The notes under the pieces: model-generated
What the model saw: the letters and a program-made list of their open reading frames with translations, nothing else
Database searches by the model: none
Told to the model about the DNA's origin: nothing
Assembly (NCBI RefSeq): GCF_006345805.1
Contig: NC_043010.1
Coordinates: 11,656,001-11,720,000 of the forward strand
Direction: 5' to 3'
Length of the DNA stretch: 64,000 nt
From: Octopus sinensis
Lineage: Eukaryota
Shown: in pieces, positions 1-13,460 of the stretch
How positions within the stretch are numbered: position 1 is the first letter of the stretch
Layout: every line of letters starts with the position of its first letter
Made by a program: the position numbers and the translations under genes

Positions 1-1610
1 GTCGAGCCACAGGCACATTGGCCTGATTGGCGAGACGCTAAACCAGTACGAAGCGGTGACAGGGGCAAAGATTAACGCGGAAAAGTCTGTGGGCTTGCAA
101 CTGGGCACCTGGAGAGGCAAGCCCATGCCGTCCAACAGCGTCGTAGGGCGCTGGACAGACGGACCCGTTAAACTGCTCGGGGTCTGGTTCGGTCCGGACC
201 TCCAGGTGGATAAGAACTGGGAAGAGGTGACGAGCAGGGTGGCACGTCTCACCCAGAAATGGGCCGAGAGGAAGCTGTCCCTGAAAGGTCGAGCGGAGGT
301 GGCGAATGCGTACATCGCATCCGTCATCTATTACCGCTTGACCGTCGTCCCTTGTCCCGACCGCTGGTTGGCCAAGCTGGTACGCCTGCTCTTCGACTTT
401 TTGTGGAAGGGTCAGGTGCCACTGGTCAGGCGATCCATCTGCTGTCAACGACCGCTGAACGGAGGCCTTGGAATGCCGTGGTTGCTGTTGCGCAGACATG
501 CGCTCAGGCTGCGGCATCTCAAGCGCTTCCTAGACGGTGAACAGGTGTGGTCGTCTTTTCAGACGCGATTTTCCGCAGCTCGTCTCTTTGACGGAGCTGC
601 AGACCTGGATCAAACGTAGACGAGAAAGGGCGCTTGGCACCTCGAGTGCCGTCAAGCCCTCTCCGCCCTCCGCCAGGCGGGCAATGCGGTCGGTTACAGC
701 TCCACTCTAGCGTTCTATAGAGGGTTAGTGGAGGAAAAATGCGACGACGTTCTCGGGGAAACTCTAGGCGTTGAGACGAACTGACGAACTGTTGCGGAGG
801 ACTTTGGGAGGACTTCGGCCGGGCCGATGGATAATTTCCAGAGGTCTCTCGCCTGGCAGTGCTACCGAGGGGCTCTGCCTGTTCGAGATAAACTCTACCG
901 GCACGGAAGTGCCGTCAGCCGGGCCTGCCCGAGGTGTTGCCAGCGACGAAACCGTTCTGCACGCACTCGTCCAGTGCCCGAGTATTGCTGAAATATGGGT
1001 TTATGTCGAACAGCTACTGTCACGTGTAGGACGGATCCGACTATCGGCCGAATCCATAGTGAAGATTGCCCCGCCGACCTCCTTTAACAAGGAGGGCGAG
1101 GCCGTTTTCTTGTGCCTGTGGCTGTGGCGAAAGAAGTCGTGTGGTGGACTCGTTTGAAAGGGCTAAAGTCAGACACTTCCTCTTTGGTCAAGGCCTCATC
1201 AACTTTTTCAAGTTTCACTTGAAAAGGAAGATGAGGTTAGAGAGGAAAGTGCTGTCCGATAGCAAGTTTTATGAAAGGTGGGTGAATTGTGCGAGACTGG
1301 CCTGTATAAATGGACCAGTTCTCAGGTTTCGCCTGTGATTTCAAAGAAAAAGTAATGTAAAAGAGAAGAAAGGGGACTCTCTACACCCCCTTTTTTTGAC
1401 CAGGCTCCCGTTGGCTTTTGTAGGGTTTTTTCACCGGGAACCTTTCGAGACGTCTCCCCATTTGGGAGTTTTTCATTGTTGAATTTTATAAGTTGTTATA
1501 AAGATTTTTACTCGATGTTTTTAAAAAACGGACAAAACCCTTTGTAACCTTTCGTCCTGTCTTGTCCCTTTATGTAATCATGCGTGTCAGCCCTTGTGGC
1601 CAATAAAAAA
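1..1610 (+). mobile_element. 3' part of a Tx1/L1-clade LINE: ORF2 RT C-terminus, zf-RVT region and 3'UTR; runs off the left edge
   Basis: Translations show GAKINAEKS, VKLLGVWFG, WAERKLSLKGRAEVAN, FLWKG and GGLGMP, then a CPRC..ETVLHALVQCP zinc-knuckle motif. ORF2 stops at 1338 and is split by several frameshifts. AATAAA at 1602 is followed by a short A tail. The region is GC/CpG-rich relative to its flanks. Confidence 0.93.
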
Positions 1611-1619
1611 GAATTGATA

Positions 1620-1620
<1 letters not shown>

Positions 1621-1658
<38 letters not shown>

Positions 1659-2040
1659 TTATCTATTTTCTATTGAATTCCTTCATGTCGCTCTAGTCTT
1701 TTTGAACTCAACTGATTATCTTTGATCAACTGGAATGATGACGACGATGACGATGATGACGACCATCACCCTCATCGCATTGGTGATGGTAGCAGCAGTG
1801 ACAGCAATAGGGCAGCAGCAGCAAGGAGGAGCAGTATCAAAGTCGGATGTGCAGCAGCAAGGCGAGAAGGGGTGCAGCAAGTGGGAGATGGGGTAGGTGG
1901 GGGTTTTAGGACCAGCAGCAGTAGCATAGTGGCAGTGGTAATTTTGGTGGTGATGGCGGTGGTTGCCGGGGGAAGTAAATGGAGGTAGAAATAAAAGAAG
2001 GACAACAGTGATGATGATAATAATAATGATGAGGAGGATG
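1621..2040. repeat. (ATT)n followed by degenerate GAT/GCA/GGT trinucleotide low-complexity sequence
   Basis: Direct reading; explains the ORFs at 1722-2091. Confidence 0.85.
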
Positions 2041-2853
2041 AGAAAGAGGAGAATATAAAAATATGTTAGGAGAGGAAATTAGCAGGAACAATATTTTTCA
2101 TTAATAATGAAGATGATTATTTCTCGGCCAAATTGTGGCAAATACTTGCTGCTATTCTTGGCCCTAGATTTTTCCATGCAAACTACTTTAGCCCTTAATT
2201 AATAGCATCTCCCACCCCTCACCACCCCTCTCTCTCTCTTGTTAAGGTCATATGGTCAAAGAAAGTTTACTTTGAAACTTTATAGCTACAAATAAAAAGA
2301 TGATTTTTTGATGCAGAGCTGCCATTAGAACACCAGAAATACTGGTTAAATTACCCTTAAAAGGTGGAAAAATTTGTCAACAACCAGCCATGGGACTTGA
2401 ACCCGTATCCCTCAAAGACTATGGCTGAGTGCTTTATAGTAAGGCTGAACTGCCTGCTGACAAATCTCATTTCATGGTCCATTATGTCAGTTACAATGAC
2501 TGTGGGTTGGTCTAAGCATCTTGAGCAAAACCAGATTAGCAGAAATTGTATGAAATCCTTTGTGGGCCTCTGTTTTTTTGGGGTCTTTTTAAGGTAGGTT
2601 CAATCCATCATTTGGCTCCTTGGGCAACTTTAGTGAAGACCGTTTTGTTGTAATTGTAAGCATTCTGGCCAAGTCCTTGGCCTGTGGTAAATCTTATCTG
2701 TTTTTCCAATTAACAGTCTGTGGAGGCCCTGAAAATTATCTTGAATGCTGCTAATCCATCTTGTAAATTATCCTCTTGTAATTCCTCCTCTTCCTCCACT
2801 TTCTCATCATCGCTGTCATCTTGTCATTGTCATCATCATTGTCATCATCATTA

Positions 2854-3058
2854 GCGCGCTGGGCGAAATATTTAACAGTATTTCATCTGCCGCTACGTTC
2901 TGAGTTCAAATTCCGCCAAGGTCGAATTTGCCTTTCATCCTTTCGGGGTTGATTAAATAAGTACCAGTTACGCACTGGGGTTGATATAATCGACTTAATC
3001 CATTTGTCTGTCCTTGTTTGTACCCTGTGTGTAGCCCCTTGTGGCCAGTAAAGAAATA
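2854..3058 (+). mobile_element. SINE family B (tRNA-like head plus conserved central domain)
   Basis: Box-B-like GAGTTCAAAT followed by GCCTTTCATCCTTTCGGGGTxGAT..AAGTACCAG; more than 10 related copies in the window. Confidence 0.85.
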
Positions 3059-4724
3059 AGAATATCAGGATCGAAATCACTTATTTGAAGTTAATACTTT
3101 GTAATACAGCTCAAAGGACCATGTCTCACTAATTTGCATACTTCTCATTTTTGGTATGGTTCCTAAAGCTGGGATACTCTTCCTAACATTACCCAGTTTA
3201 CAGAACATATTGAGTTCATTTTATTGTGACACCACCCCTAGAGATATGTTGTTGGAAAGACCAAAGGTATCTTTGATCCTAATTGTCATTGACCTTTTTC
3301 TATGGCACCAACACTAGTGATGTGGCCTTGTCCACCACAATACTAAAGAGAAAACTCTACATGGGTATGAGATGTTTTATCACAGTTGTTTAGACACCAT
3401 CTGTTTGGCAGCTCTGATTCAACACTAACTTATTTAACATTGTATGTTTTAATACAATCAAAAGCAGTCTAGCTGTGACCATCACATCTTTTTTATATTT
3501 TGCACTGGAATCCCAGGACTACACTATTGTATTCCTTTTTTAAGACAGCAAGGTGTGATCTGAGAGAGATTTTGTTGTTATTTCTAGCAGGTTGAGAGAC
3601 CATGTAGCAAGTTTCATTGTTGACCCCAAGGAGGAGACAATTGTGGTTATTTAATCCTAGGTCAAACCTGAACAAGAAGATTCACAAAGACATTCCTGCC
3701 ATTACGATCCTGATTTAGTTTTTGTTTCATGCAAATAAGCCAACAAAGCCACAGTAAAAGTGTGTCCTGTTCTGATACAGTACAAAGTGATTCAAGGAAG
3801 ATTTAGCTGCTATTTCTAGCAAATCGAAGGCTGTTTCATTGACTGCTAGGAAGAGACTGTAGGAGGAGCTGGCAGTGGAGGAGAAAATTGATGATTAAAA
3901 CTATAATTAAGTAGAATGCAAACGATAAACAATTGGCCAGTAATGCAATGTTGTATTGTAAAGCAAACAGTGGAGATGCTTGAGTCATTAAATTGTTGAA
4001 ACTCATTAGGAATGTTGATAAAACAGAGAGAAATACTGATCTGGGATAAAAGTTTAAAGTAACAAGAGAATAGTTCCACTAAACCCATGAATGATGTCCA
4101 TTAATGCTGATGAGAAACTGTATTAAGAGAAAAATTATGAATTGACAACACTTCATTTCGAGACAGGATTTGAATTGGGTATTACAATAGTTTAAAGGCT
4201 ACGTAGTAATAACAAGTCTAATCCCCACAAAAGAGATTAGATAGTGAGTAGATTAGATTACGAATGGAAGCGAAGTGAATGGTGGTGAAGAAACATGAAC
4301 GAAGGGGAAAGATAATGATTTAGTTTCGCAGGCTGAGTAATTCATATCATTTAAATAGGATTCAGGAAATAGCGAAATAGGTGAGGCATGAAAAATCGCG
4401 ATTTATTGGAGAAATTCATTGTTAATCAGTGCAGGTCAATGGAAAGGTTATGTAGGTGTGTCAGTGACATAGGTAAAAGATTCTACCTTGTCAGAAGCTC
4501 GTAAACTCCAGTTCATATATTGCTGGGGAAATAGAAACCGTTTAATTATCTTGGTTTCTTTAGCAGTGTGTTTCGTTTGTGTGTGAGAAAAGTTATTCAA
4601 AACATTCAATGTAATACAAATGTAGAGATGTGAGGCTACAACGGGAAGAGGTCGGGTAAGATTAAAACTGACTCAACTGCCATCACGTGCATACATGCAC
4701 GCGCACACACACACAACCACACAC

Positions 4725-4788
<64 letters not shown>

Positions 4789-4812
4789 GGACAGACAGAC
4801 AGACAGACAGAC

Positions 4813-4843
<31 letters not shown>

Positions 4844-4860
4844 CAAATAGATAGATAGAC

Positions 4861-4893
<33 letters not shown>

Positions 4894-4908
4894 CATAGAT
4901 AGATAGAC

Positions 4909-4971
<63 letters not shown>

Positions 4972-4992
4972 CAGATAGATAGATAGATAGAT
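4725..4992. repeat. (AGAT)n/(AGAC)n microsatellite
   Basis: Direct reading. Confidence 0.98.
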
Positions 4993-5732
4993 GGATCTAT
5001 CTGTATATACATAAACATTTGTTTGTTTCTGTGCATGAGTATGTCTATGTATATATGTATATCTATATAAACATCAATATCTATATGTGTTTATATGTAT
5101 ATATATATATATGTATATATGTATGTGTGTGTGTAAGTGTGTGTGTGTGTCTGTGTGCTAGTCATATCAACAGCATCAGCAGAGTGACTAACATCCATTT
5201 CCCATGATGGCATGGTTGGATGGTTTGACAAGATCTGAGGAGTCACAAGGCTTATTCGAACTTCACTGTCAGTTCGGCCTGGTTTCCTCAGCTGGATGCT
5301 CTTTAAAAAAACCATCCACTTTACACTGTGCCACCTGCACTAGTGAGGTTGTCCTGTAACTTACAAGACACATAAAGAACATATGTGTGTGTGTGTGTAT
5401 GTTTGCGTGTGTGTGTGATTGCATGTGTGTGTGTGTGTGTGTACAAGGAGAAGTCAAAGATTACCCACACTTTCACCATAACACATCTTTATTATTGTTG
5501 CATTGCCTGCTGCACATGCTTGCTTAAATTGCTTATAGTTGGTACTATTCTGGTCACACGATCAAGTGTAAGCCTGATCATGCCATTTGTCTTTCTGGCT
5601 TTACAGTGTAAGCACGGCTACTCCACTAGCAATGTGCACCAAAGAAGAACAAAGTGCAGTGATCGGATTTCCCTGGTTAGAAGATTTGTCAGATGCTGAA
5701 ATTCATTGGGGGCTTTCAGCACAATTGGTTAA

Positions 5733-5955
5733 CCCTTTCGTTACCAACCCGGCCAAAACCGGCTCTGGCTCTGTAGTATAAATGTCTTGTTTTCATTAGT
5801 TTTTCATTAAGATATACCACTAAACCTTAGTCCCAATTTATGTTCCTAACACTAAAGCTTAATGATAAGTAAGTTATTTTACTAAATTCATTGTTACATT
5901 TCAAATAATTGAAAGAAACACAGAGCATCTCAAAATAAATACAGTAACAAAAGGG
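5733..5955. mobile_element. TTAA-type (piggyBac-like) MITE inserted in the mariner
   Basis: TTAA|CCCTTTCGTTAC ... GTAACAAAAGGG|TT; homologous to 42333-42528 and 49798-50018. Confidence 0.85.
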
Positions 5956-6100
5956 TTGTTTCAATGGTCTGGGGGGGGGCATGTATGGGTTGGTGCATTG
6001 TCATGCAACAACATAAACTTTCTTTGGCAATAGGCTTTGGTGTCTGGTGCAAACTGCTGGCTTCAGTTTGCTGGTCAACAAAGCACTATATCTTGCATTG

Positions 6101-6408
6101 TTGTTTGTTCCTTCTTGAGCCACACTTGGCTCATAAGGGCCGGTTTCCCGGTTTCATTGGCGTATAGGTGCCCCATCTGGATGGGACGCCAGTCCGTCGC
6201 AGGTGAGCTGCTAGATGCAGGAGGAAAGAGTGAGAGAAAATTGTGGTGAAAGAATCAGCAGAAGTTCGCCATTACCTTCTGCCGGAGCCACGTCAAGCTT
6301 AGGTGTTTTGCTCATAAACACACATATCACCCGGTCTGAGATTCGAACCTGCAATCTCTAGACCGCGAGTCCGCTGCTCTAACCACTAGGCCATGTGCCT
6401 CCACACAA
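6101..6408 (-). mobile_element. tRNA-derived SINE (variant of family D) nested in the mariner
   Basis: tRNA-like head GGAGGCACATGGCCTAGTGGTTAGAGC..GGTTCGAAT. 14-bp TSD TATATCTTGCATTG at 6087-6100 and 6409-6422. Confidence 0.88.
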
Positions 6409-6672
6409 TATATCTTGCATTGCTGATCGTACACCCCTTTTCCAGGTAGTCTTCTAGTATAGGCCTTTTTGAGTCCCAAAAAAATGGTTACAGTTAGCAT
6501 CACTTTTCCAACAGAAGATTCGGTCTTCAATTTCTTCATTGCTGGCAAGCCAGGATGTTTCCACTCTATACTTTGTCTTTTGGAGTCTGCCTCATAATGA
6601 TGGACCTATGTTTCATCTCCTTTGACTATTCTGCTCAAAAATTCCTAGCCCTCATTGTTGTAGCAATCGAAT

Positions 6673-7061
6673 GGATGGAAGCACTCCATCGGTTACGACG
6701 ACGAGGGTTCCGGTTGATCCGAATCAATGGAACAGCCTGCTCATGAAATTAATGTGTAAGTGGCTGAGCACTCCACAGACACGTGTACCCTTAACGTAGT
6801 TCTCGGGGATATTCAGCGTGACACAGAGAGTGACAAGACCGGCCCTTTGAAATACAGGTACAACAGAAACAGGAAGTAAGAGTGAGAGAAAGTTGTGGTG
6901 AAAGAGTACAGCAGGGATCACCACCATCCCCTGCCAGAGCCTCGTGGAGCTTTTAGGTGTTTTCGCTCAATAAACACTCACAACGCTCGGTCTGGGAATC
7001 GAAACCGCGATCCTATGACCGCGAGTCCGCTGCCCTAACCACTGGGCCATTGCGCCTCCAC
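6673..7061 (-). mobile_element. tRNA-derived SINE family D nested in the mariner
   Basis: Head GGAGGCGCAATGGCCCAGTGGTTAGGGCAGCGGACTCGC. 11-bp TSD AGCAATCGAAT at 6662-6672 and 7062-7072. Near-identical to 17825-18205. Confidence 0.92.
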
Positions 7062-7444
7062 AGCAATCGAATAAACATTGGCAGACCTCAAGACATTTGT
7101 GCTTGTGCTCTGCAGTAGGCTCTCTTGGCACCCATCTTGCACAGACTTTATGGGAGCTGAGCTCATCATGGATGATTTTCAGCACCTGACACACATTCCA
7201 GCCAGAGAAATCGGATCACTGCTCTTTATTCCTCTTCGGTACACATTGCTAGTGGAGCGGCCGTGCTTACACTGTAAAGCCAGAAAGGAAAAAACAGCGT
7301 GATCAGGTTCAGACTTCGATCCTGTGGCCACAATAGTACTAACTATAAGCACCATATGCAGAAGGCAGTGTAACAATAATAAAAGTATGTTATGGCGACA
7401 GTGCAGATAATTTTTTATTTCCCCTTGTATATATATATAAAAAG

Positions 7445-7673
7445 ATTCGAGCGAGATCGTTGCCAGTACCGCCTGACTGGCCCTCGAGCCAGTGGCATGT
7501 AAAAAGCACCCACTACACTCTCAGAGTTGTTGGCATTAGGAAGGGCATCCAGCCATAGAAACTCTGCCAAATCAAGATTGGAGCCTGGTGCAGCCATCTG
7601 GTTCACCAGCTCTCAGTCAAAATCGTCCAATTCATGCTAGCATGGAAAGCAGACGTTAAACAATGATGATGAT

Positions 7674-7675
<2 letters not shown>
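7445..7675 (+). mobile_element. SINE-like family C (GGAAGGGCATCCAG motif, (GAT)n tail)
   Basis: Shares its 3' end CATGCTAGCATGGAAAGC.GACGTTAAAC.ATGATGATG with about 10 copies, including 14430-14600, 16593-16815, 31790-32430, 50419-50620, 56180-56395, 61980-62263 and 63005-63238. Confidence 0.85.
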
Positions 7676-7730
<55 letters not shown>

Positions 7731-7859
7731 CAAGTCATAATATATGGATTCAAGTAATCTGGTAGTACTTATAACAAAAAAAGATCCTTAATGTATCATT
7801 ATACAAACCATATAGAATATATAGTAATAGATAAGAGAAAAGAATAAGGTATGTATAGA

Positions 7860-8198
7860 GTCATAAATGACAGAGAAATGTCTTGATGAACAATAAGAAA
7901 AAATCCTATAATCATTACAAATTGTTTTGTAACTCAAAAACATGCAAATAATTTATATGGCTGAGCTATGTCATCAGGTGAAAAAAGAGATTTTCTTTCA
8001 CTTGATGGCATAGCTCTAATTTTTTTCATTGAATTTTTTGCATTGTGCATCAATGCACACACGTAAGTATTTTATATATTATCAAATATGATCACATAAA
8101 TTATTTACATGTTTTTCGAGTTATGAAACAATTTAACGCGATTATGTGATTTTTCTTATTGTTAGATATAAGTTCATCAAAATCTTTCACTTATGACA
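7860..8198. mobile_element. Degenerate fold-back element with decayed hammerhead motifs (Penelope-like pLTR remnant)
   Basis: Inverted arms GAGCTATGTCATCAGGTGAAA / TTTCACTTGATGGCATAGCTC, plus about 7860-7957 inverted against about 8095-8198. The minus strand has CTGATGA-CATAGCTC..GAGTTAC-AAAAC. Confidence 0.55.
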
Positions 8199-8453
8199 TT
8201 TTTGTATATATATATATATATAAATGTATGTGTGCATATATATACATATATATATGTTTATATATATTTATATATAAATATATTTACATATTTATACATA
8301 TACTATATATTATACATATATATATATTATATATCATATATATTTATATATAAATATATTTATATATTTATACATATACTATATATTATACATATATATA
8401 TACATACCACATATATATATATACATACACACACATATACACACATACATACA

Positions 8454-8492
<39 letters not shown>

Positions 8493-9246
8493 AGCCCCAG
8501 CAGCATCATTTAATGTTCATCCTCCATGCTGGCACAGGCTGGATATTTTAACAAGATCCAAATGTTTCAGAGGACAGCACCATGCTCCAGTGGCTACTTT
8601 GGCAGAGTTTTTACGAATGGATGCCCTTCCTAATGCCAACCACTTTTATAGAGCTTACTGGCTGCTTTCTTATTGTGCGTTACCACCTACACATACATAA
8701 TAAACAACCATTTAATATAGACAAATTATAAAACAAAAACATTTGCAATTGAAAAAGCTTTGATTGGATGGTGGTCCTTAATCCTATTATATAAGACACT
8801 TGGATCCCTTAAGGATGGTGGCCCTTAATCCTATTATATAAGACAACTTGGATGACTTAAACATTGTATCATGCCACCCACATGAGAGATGGTGTATGTG
8901 CTGGGACTATAGAATCCTTTCTGCACTATGTTGTGCTATTTCTTTACTCTTTTTGATAGAGTAGGGTTTTTTTTACCTCTGGGTGACTTTATATAAAGAA
9001 GTGAATTGATAAAGTTGTTAAAATATGGGACAGAATGCTTTGTGGCATTTGGTTTGGTTCGCCAAGCTCTGAATTCAAATCCTACCAAGAGCACCTTTGC
9101 TTTCATCCTTTCGGGGTCAATAAATAAACAGCCAAGGATAGTGGACTGATGGAATTTGTTAGAGTATTAGACAGGATGCTTTGCAGTTCTAGCCCTGTAC
9201 ATTCTGAGTCCAAATTCCGTTTCCATGACTAGGGATGCGGAGGGGA

Positions 9247-9460
9247 GGAAGAAGAAGAAGAAGAAGAAGAAGAAGAAGAAGAAAAAGAAGAAGAAGAAGA
9301 AGAAGAAGAAGAAGAAGAAGAAGAAGAAGAAGAAGAAGGAAGAAGAAGAAGAAGGAAGAAGAAGAAGGAGAAGAAGAAGATGATGATGATGACAACGACA
9401 ATGACAACAACGACAGCAATGATGATGATGACAACAATGAGGAGGAGGAAGAGGTGGAAT
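9247..9460. repeat. (AAG)n microsatellite followed by (GAT/GAC)n
   Basis: Direct reading; explains the poly-R and poly-L ORFs. Confidence 0.97.
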
Positions 9461-9781
9461 GAACGAATAGTGCCAAATTCTATCAGGAACAGATGATTAT
9501 AGCAATCATAAAAAAAAACAATAGAAACATAGTTTCTTTGCTTCTATCAGTAGCCTTAGTCACCACCACTTCCACATCCAGCACTACTATAATTACCTCT
9601 CCTCCACCACCACCACCACCACCACCACCACTGCAACCACAACCACTGCCACTAACACCACCACCATCACACCACCGCCATTTGTATTATCGATCACTTT
9701 ACTGTGTAAACTAGACACTCTTTAATGTACCACCACACGAGAGGGGCCACTTTCAATATGGCCAAAGTGGCTTCTACCCTC

Positions 9782-10162
9782 TCTCTTTACTCTCTTTTAC
9801 TTGTTTCAGTCATTTGATTGCAGCCATGCTGGAGCACCACCTTTTAGTCGAGCAAATCGACCCCGGGACTTATTCTTTGTAAGCCCAGTACTTATTCTAT
9901 CGGTCTCTTTTGCCGAACCGCAAGGTGATGGAGACGTAAACACACCAGGGGGACAAACACAGACACACAAACACATACATATATATATATTCATATATAC
10001 GACAGGCTTCTTTCAGTTTCCGTCTACCAAATCCACTCACAAGGCATTGGTCGGCCCGGGGCTATAGCAGAACACACTTGCCCAAGATGCCACGCAGTGG
10101 GACTGAACCCGGAACCATGTGGTTGGTTAGCAAGCTACTTACTACACAGCCACTCCTGCGCC
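9782..10162 (-). mobile_element. SINE family A (tRNA head, CORE-like block, internal microsatellite, AGTAAAAG tail)
   Basis: Head GGCGCAGGAGTGGCTGTGT.GTAAG..GGTTCAGTCCC and block CTTGGGCAAGTGT. TSD TACCCTC at 9775-9781 and 10163-10169. Confidence 0.92.
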
Positions 10163-11081
10163 TACCCTCGACTTTTCTTAGACATTAGTTCCCTATACAT
10201 GAAAACAAAAGGCTTGAGGAGTCCAGCTAAAATCTCAAGGCATCATGACACTCCACTCACATTCACAAATTATCAATGTGTCCTTAATGAAATAAGTGAA
10301 AGCTGTTGTGGCATGAAACAAATATCAATCATCTTTCGTTAATCCTTCATTTGCATATTTTTTCCCCGCATTTGCAATATGTTGCAATTTCTTCTCATTT
10401 GCATATTTTTCAACAACACTTGCAGCATGAAGTAGCAATAAATATAACTTAATTACAAAAGCGAATATGATAGTTTTGTGGTCTAAATTTCTATATAACG
10501 AATATTATAGCTTTTGTTCTATTTAACACACAACATTGAGCTGGCATTGACCGGTAAAAGCATCAAATTGCTGACAGAAACGGTGCTGGATTTAAGAGGA
10601 ACTTTTAACATGGTACTTAAATATTTTCAGTGCGTCAGTTCTCACTTTCAAATAGCATATGCATCGAGTAGTTTGCAATAAATCAGTACGCTTCCAACAG
10701 CTTATTGCCATTTTTATGAAGGCTCTGGATCATATTTTGGAAAATGGAACACCAAGCATGACGTGTCAAATTACTTTTCTTTATTCTGGCTCAGCAATGT
10801 CATTTTTACATGTGATATTGTCATTAAAGATTTTCCTTTTTTCATCATCATTAATAAATACAATGGATAAAAGAATGAATATCTGCGTGTATATATGTTT
10901 ATGCTCGCATACATTCATGCAAACACTTTAAAATATGTGTATGTATGCTTATGTGCATAATATGTATATACATAGATACATACCCTCACACATACATACA
11001 TATATATGTATTTGTGTGTGCATGTATATGATATACTATATATATATATATATAAAATATATATATATATATATATATGAA

Positions 11082-11118
<37 letters not shown>

Positions 11119-11390
11119 GGATGTATGGATGTATGTGTATATATGTATATAATATGTATATGCATATATGTGTGTGTGAGTGTGTATATATATATATATA
11201 CACACATAAAACATATATGTATGTTTAAATTTATATGTGTTTTAGATATGTACTTTATTCACAAGAATAATGAGAATGTGTGTGGGTGTTTATATATGTG
11301 TGTGTTTATGTATGTATGTGTATATGTGTTTATAAATAAGTGTGTGTGTGTGTGCATATATGTATATATTTGTATCTATGCTTATGTGCA

Positions 11391-11433
<43 letters not shown>

Positions 11434-12074
11434 ATATATATATATGAATATATATATATATATATATAAGTGTATGCATACACACACATACATATATATA
11501 ATTTATATAAATTATATATATGTATGTAGATTTTAATGTATGTTCATGATATGTGATAATTATAACACTTTTGAGATAATTATTATTGCTGCTGAATAGA
11601 AACAATATGCAGAACCAATATTTTAAGATATTAGACACTTTTTATGGAAGATATTTTATAGTGATTATCACATATTCAAGCAGATGTGAGGGTGTGTATG
11701 AGTGAGTCTAAATATATAGGCATTCTAATTTATGTGTGCATTTATGTATGTCTACATAAATCAATACATGGTGGTGTGTCTAAACATACATACACACACA
11801 TCATACACACTCATATAATTCACATACACGCATATATATATATACAGGGAATTTTATATATGGGTGTGGTGTATATATATATATATATATATAATATATA
11901 TATATATATACATATACACATACACACAAATACAAATATATATCATCATCATCATCATCATCATCTAAACGATGATGATGATGATGATGATGATGATATA
12001 TATTTGTATGTGTGTGTGTGTGTATATATATTATATATATGTATATATATGTATATATATGTTATATATATATG

Positions 12075-12115
<41 letters not shown>

Positions 12116-12264
12116 TATATTATATACATACATATATATATAGATAGATAGAGAGAGAGAGAGAGATATATATAGAGAGATAAACGTACTTGGAAATGGG
12201 TGTGTGGCATTTAATCAAATAATAATAATAAAAATAATATATATTATATATATGCATATACAGT

Positions 12265-13057
12265 ATATGTATATGTACACATGTACACATATATGCATAT
12301 ATCGGTATAGGATATCACAAACCGTAAACAACATGAAATATGAAAACAAAAGAGTTGAATACTTAAACAACAAGAGAAACAAATGGAAAACAGGACAAGT
12401 AACTTAAAGAATTACCCTTCATCAGTTATCAGTTGTCCATCTACTCCTCATTTTGAGCATTGAATGACAACATGAGTCTTCGAAGGGCAGTTGCTCCTGC
12501 AAAACAAAATGAAATTTTCATTTGCGGAGGGTCAAAGTTGGTAATAAAAATAGGACAGTGGAGACCTAGAAGGAAACCGAACAAAAACAAACATGGAGGG
12601 TCGTTAGACCAGACAAAGGTAAAATAGTGAATGCTGGAGAAATATTCTCTTTGACAAAAGGAAAGATAGAAGAGAGAGAGACAGATGGGATATATGCAGT
12701 CTCTATGACAGCTGTGAAGGAAAAGAAAAGTCATCACATGAGGAAAGGAAAGATGGACAATGGTCACATGTAAGCAACGAGAGAGAGTGTGTGTAGAGGG
12801 GAGAGAGACAGACAGATAGAAAGAAAAAGGTGACAAGAAGAAAATATTTGAGTCGACTCTACCCTCTTCACTATTTTCTTCCTCTATCCCTTTCTCTCTC
12901 ATCCTTTCTCTAATTCCTTTTTTTCTCCCCTTCACCATTTTCTTTCTCTCGTTGTTAATGTATTCAACTCCTTTGTTTTCATATTTCATGTTGTTTACGG
13001 TTTGTGACGTCCTGTACCCATATATGCATGTATATATGTGTGTGTACATATACATAT
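12265..13057. mobile_element. Fold-back element with about 115-bp inverted arms and a purine-rich spacer (probable Penelope-like pLTR remnant)
   Basis: 12265-12379 is the reverse complement of 12943-13057. The minus strand has ACTGATGAAGGG near 12415-12426. Confidence 0.55.
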
Positions 13058-13231
13058 CTATATTATTTATATTAGTATATGTATGTATGTATGCATGTAT
13101 ATATGTATTGCTACTTGTACGTATATTTATAAATATAAATATATATTTAAATTTGTATATCATCATTCTCATCCTCATCATCATCATTTAACATCCGTTT
13201 TTCATGCTAGCATGGATTGGACCGTTTTTAC

Positions 13232-13460
13232 TGGAGCTGGCAGAATCGTTAGCATGCCGGGTGAAATACGTACTGGTATTTCGTCTGCCACTACGTTGTG
13301 AGTTCAAATTCTGCCGAGGTCGACTTTGCTTTTCATCCTTTCGGGGTCGATTAAATAAGTACCAGTTATGCACTGCCGTCAATGTGATCGACTTAATCCC
13401 TTTGTCGGTCCTTGTTTGTCCCCTCTATGTTTAGCCCCTTGTGGGCAATACAGAAATAAG
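13232..13460 (+). mobile_element. SINE family B inserted into a family C copy
   Basis: Family B sequence is flanked by the two halves of a minus-strand family C element; ACTGGAGCTGGC recurs at both junctions. Confidence 0.8.

Larger units (their letters stand above)
5444..7427 (-). mobile_element. Degenerate mariner (Tc1/mariner) transposon with nested insertions and an inverted duplicate of its 5' end
   Basis: Minus-strand peptides IIHDELSSHKVCARWVPRE (WVPREL motif), KKLKTESSVGKVMLTV and KFMLLHDNAPTH. The plus-strand 5' copy gives CTKEEQSAVIGF..AEIH. Both ends start TA|CAAGG. Confidence 0.88.

Noticed and set aside
6985-7059. tRNA genes at SINE heads (also about 18130-18205 and 51892-51957)
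   Set aside because: A and B boxes are present but the acceptor stem is incomplete, and the sequence continues into a SINE body with TSDs.
12441-13187. Longest ORF in the window (248 aa)
   Set aside because: It crosses microsatellite and fold-back repeat sequence and has no protein-like composition or motif.
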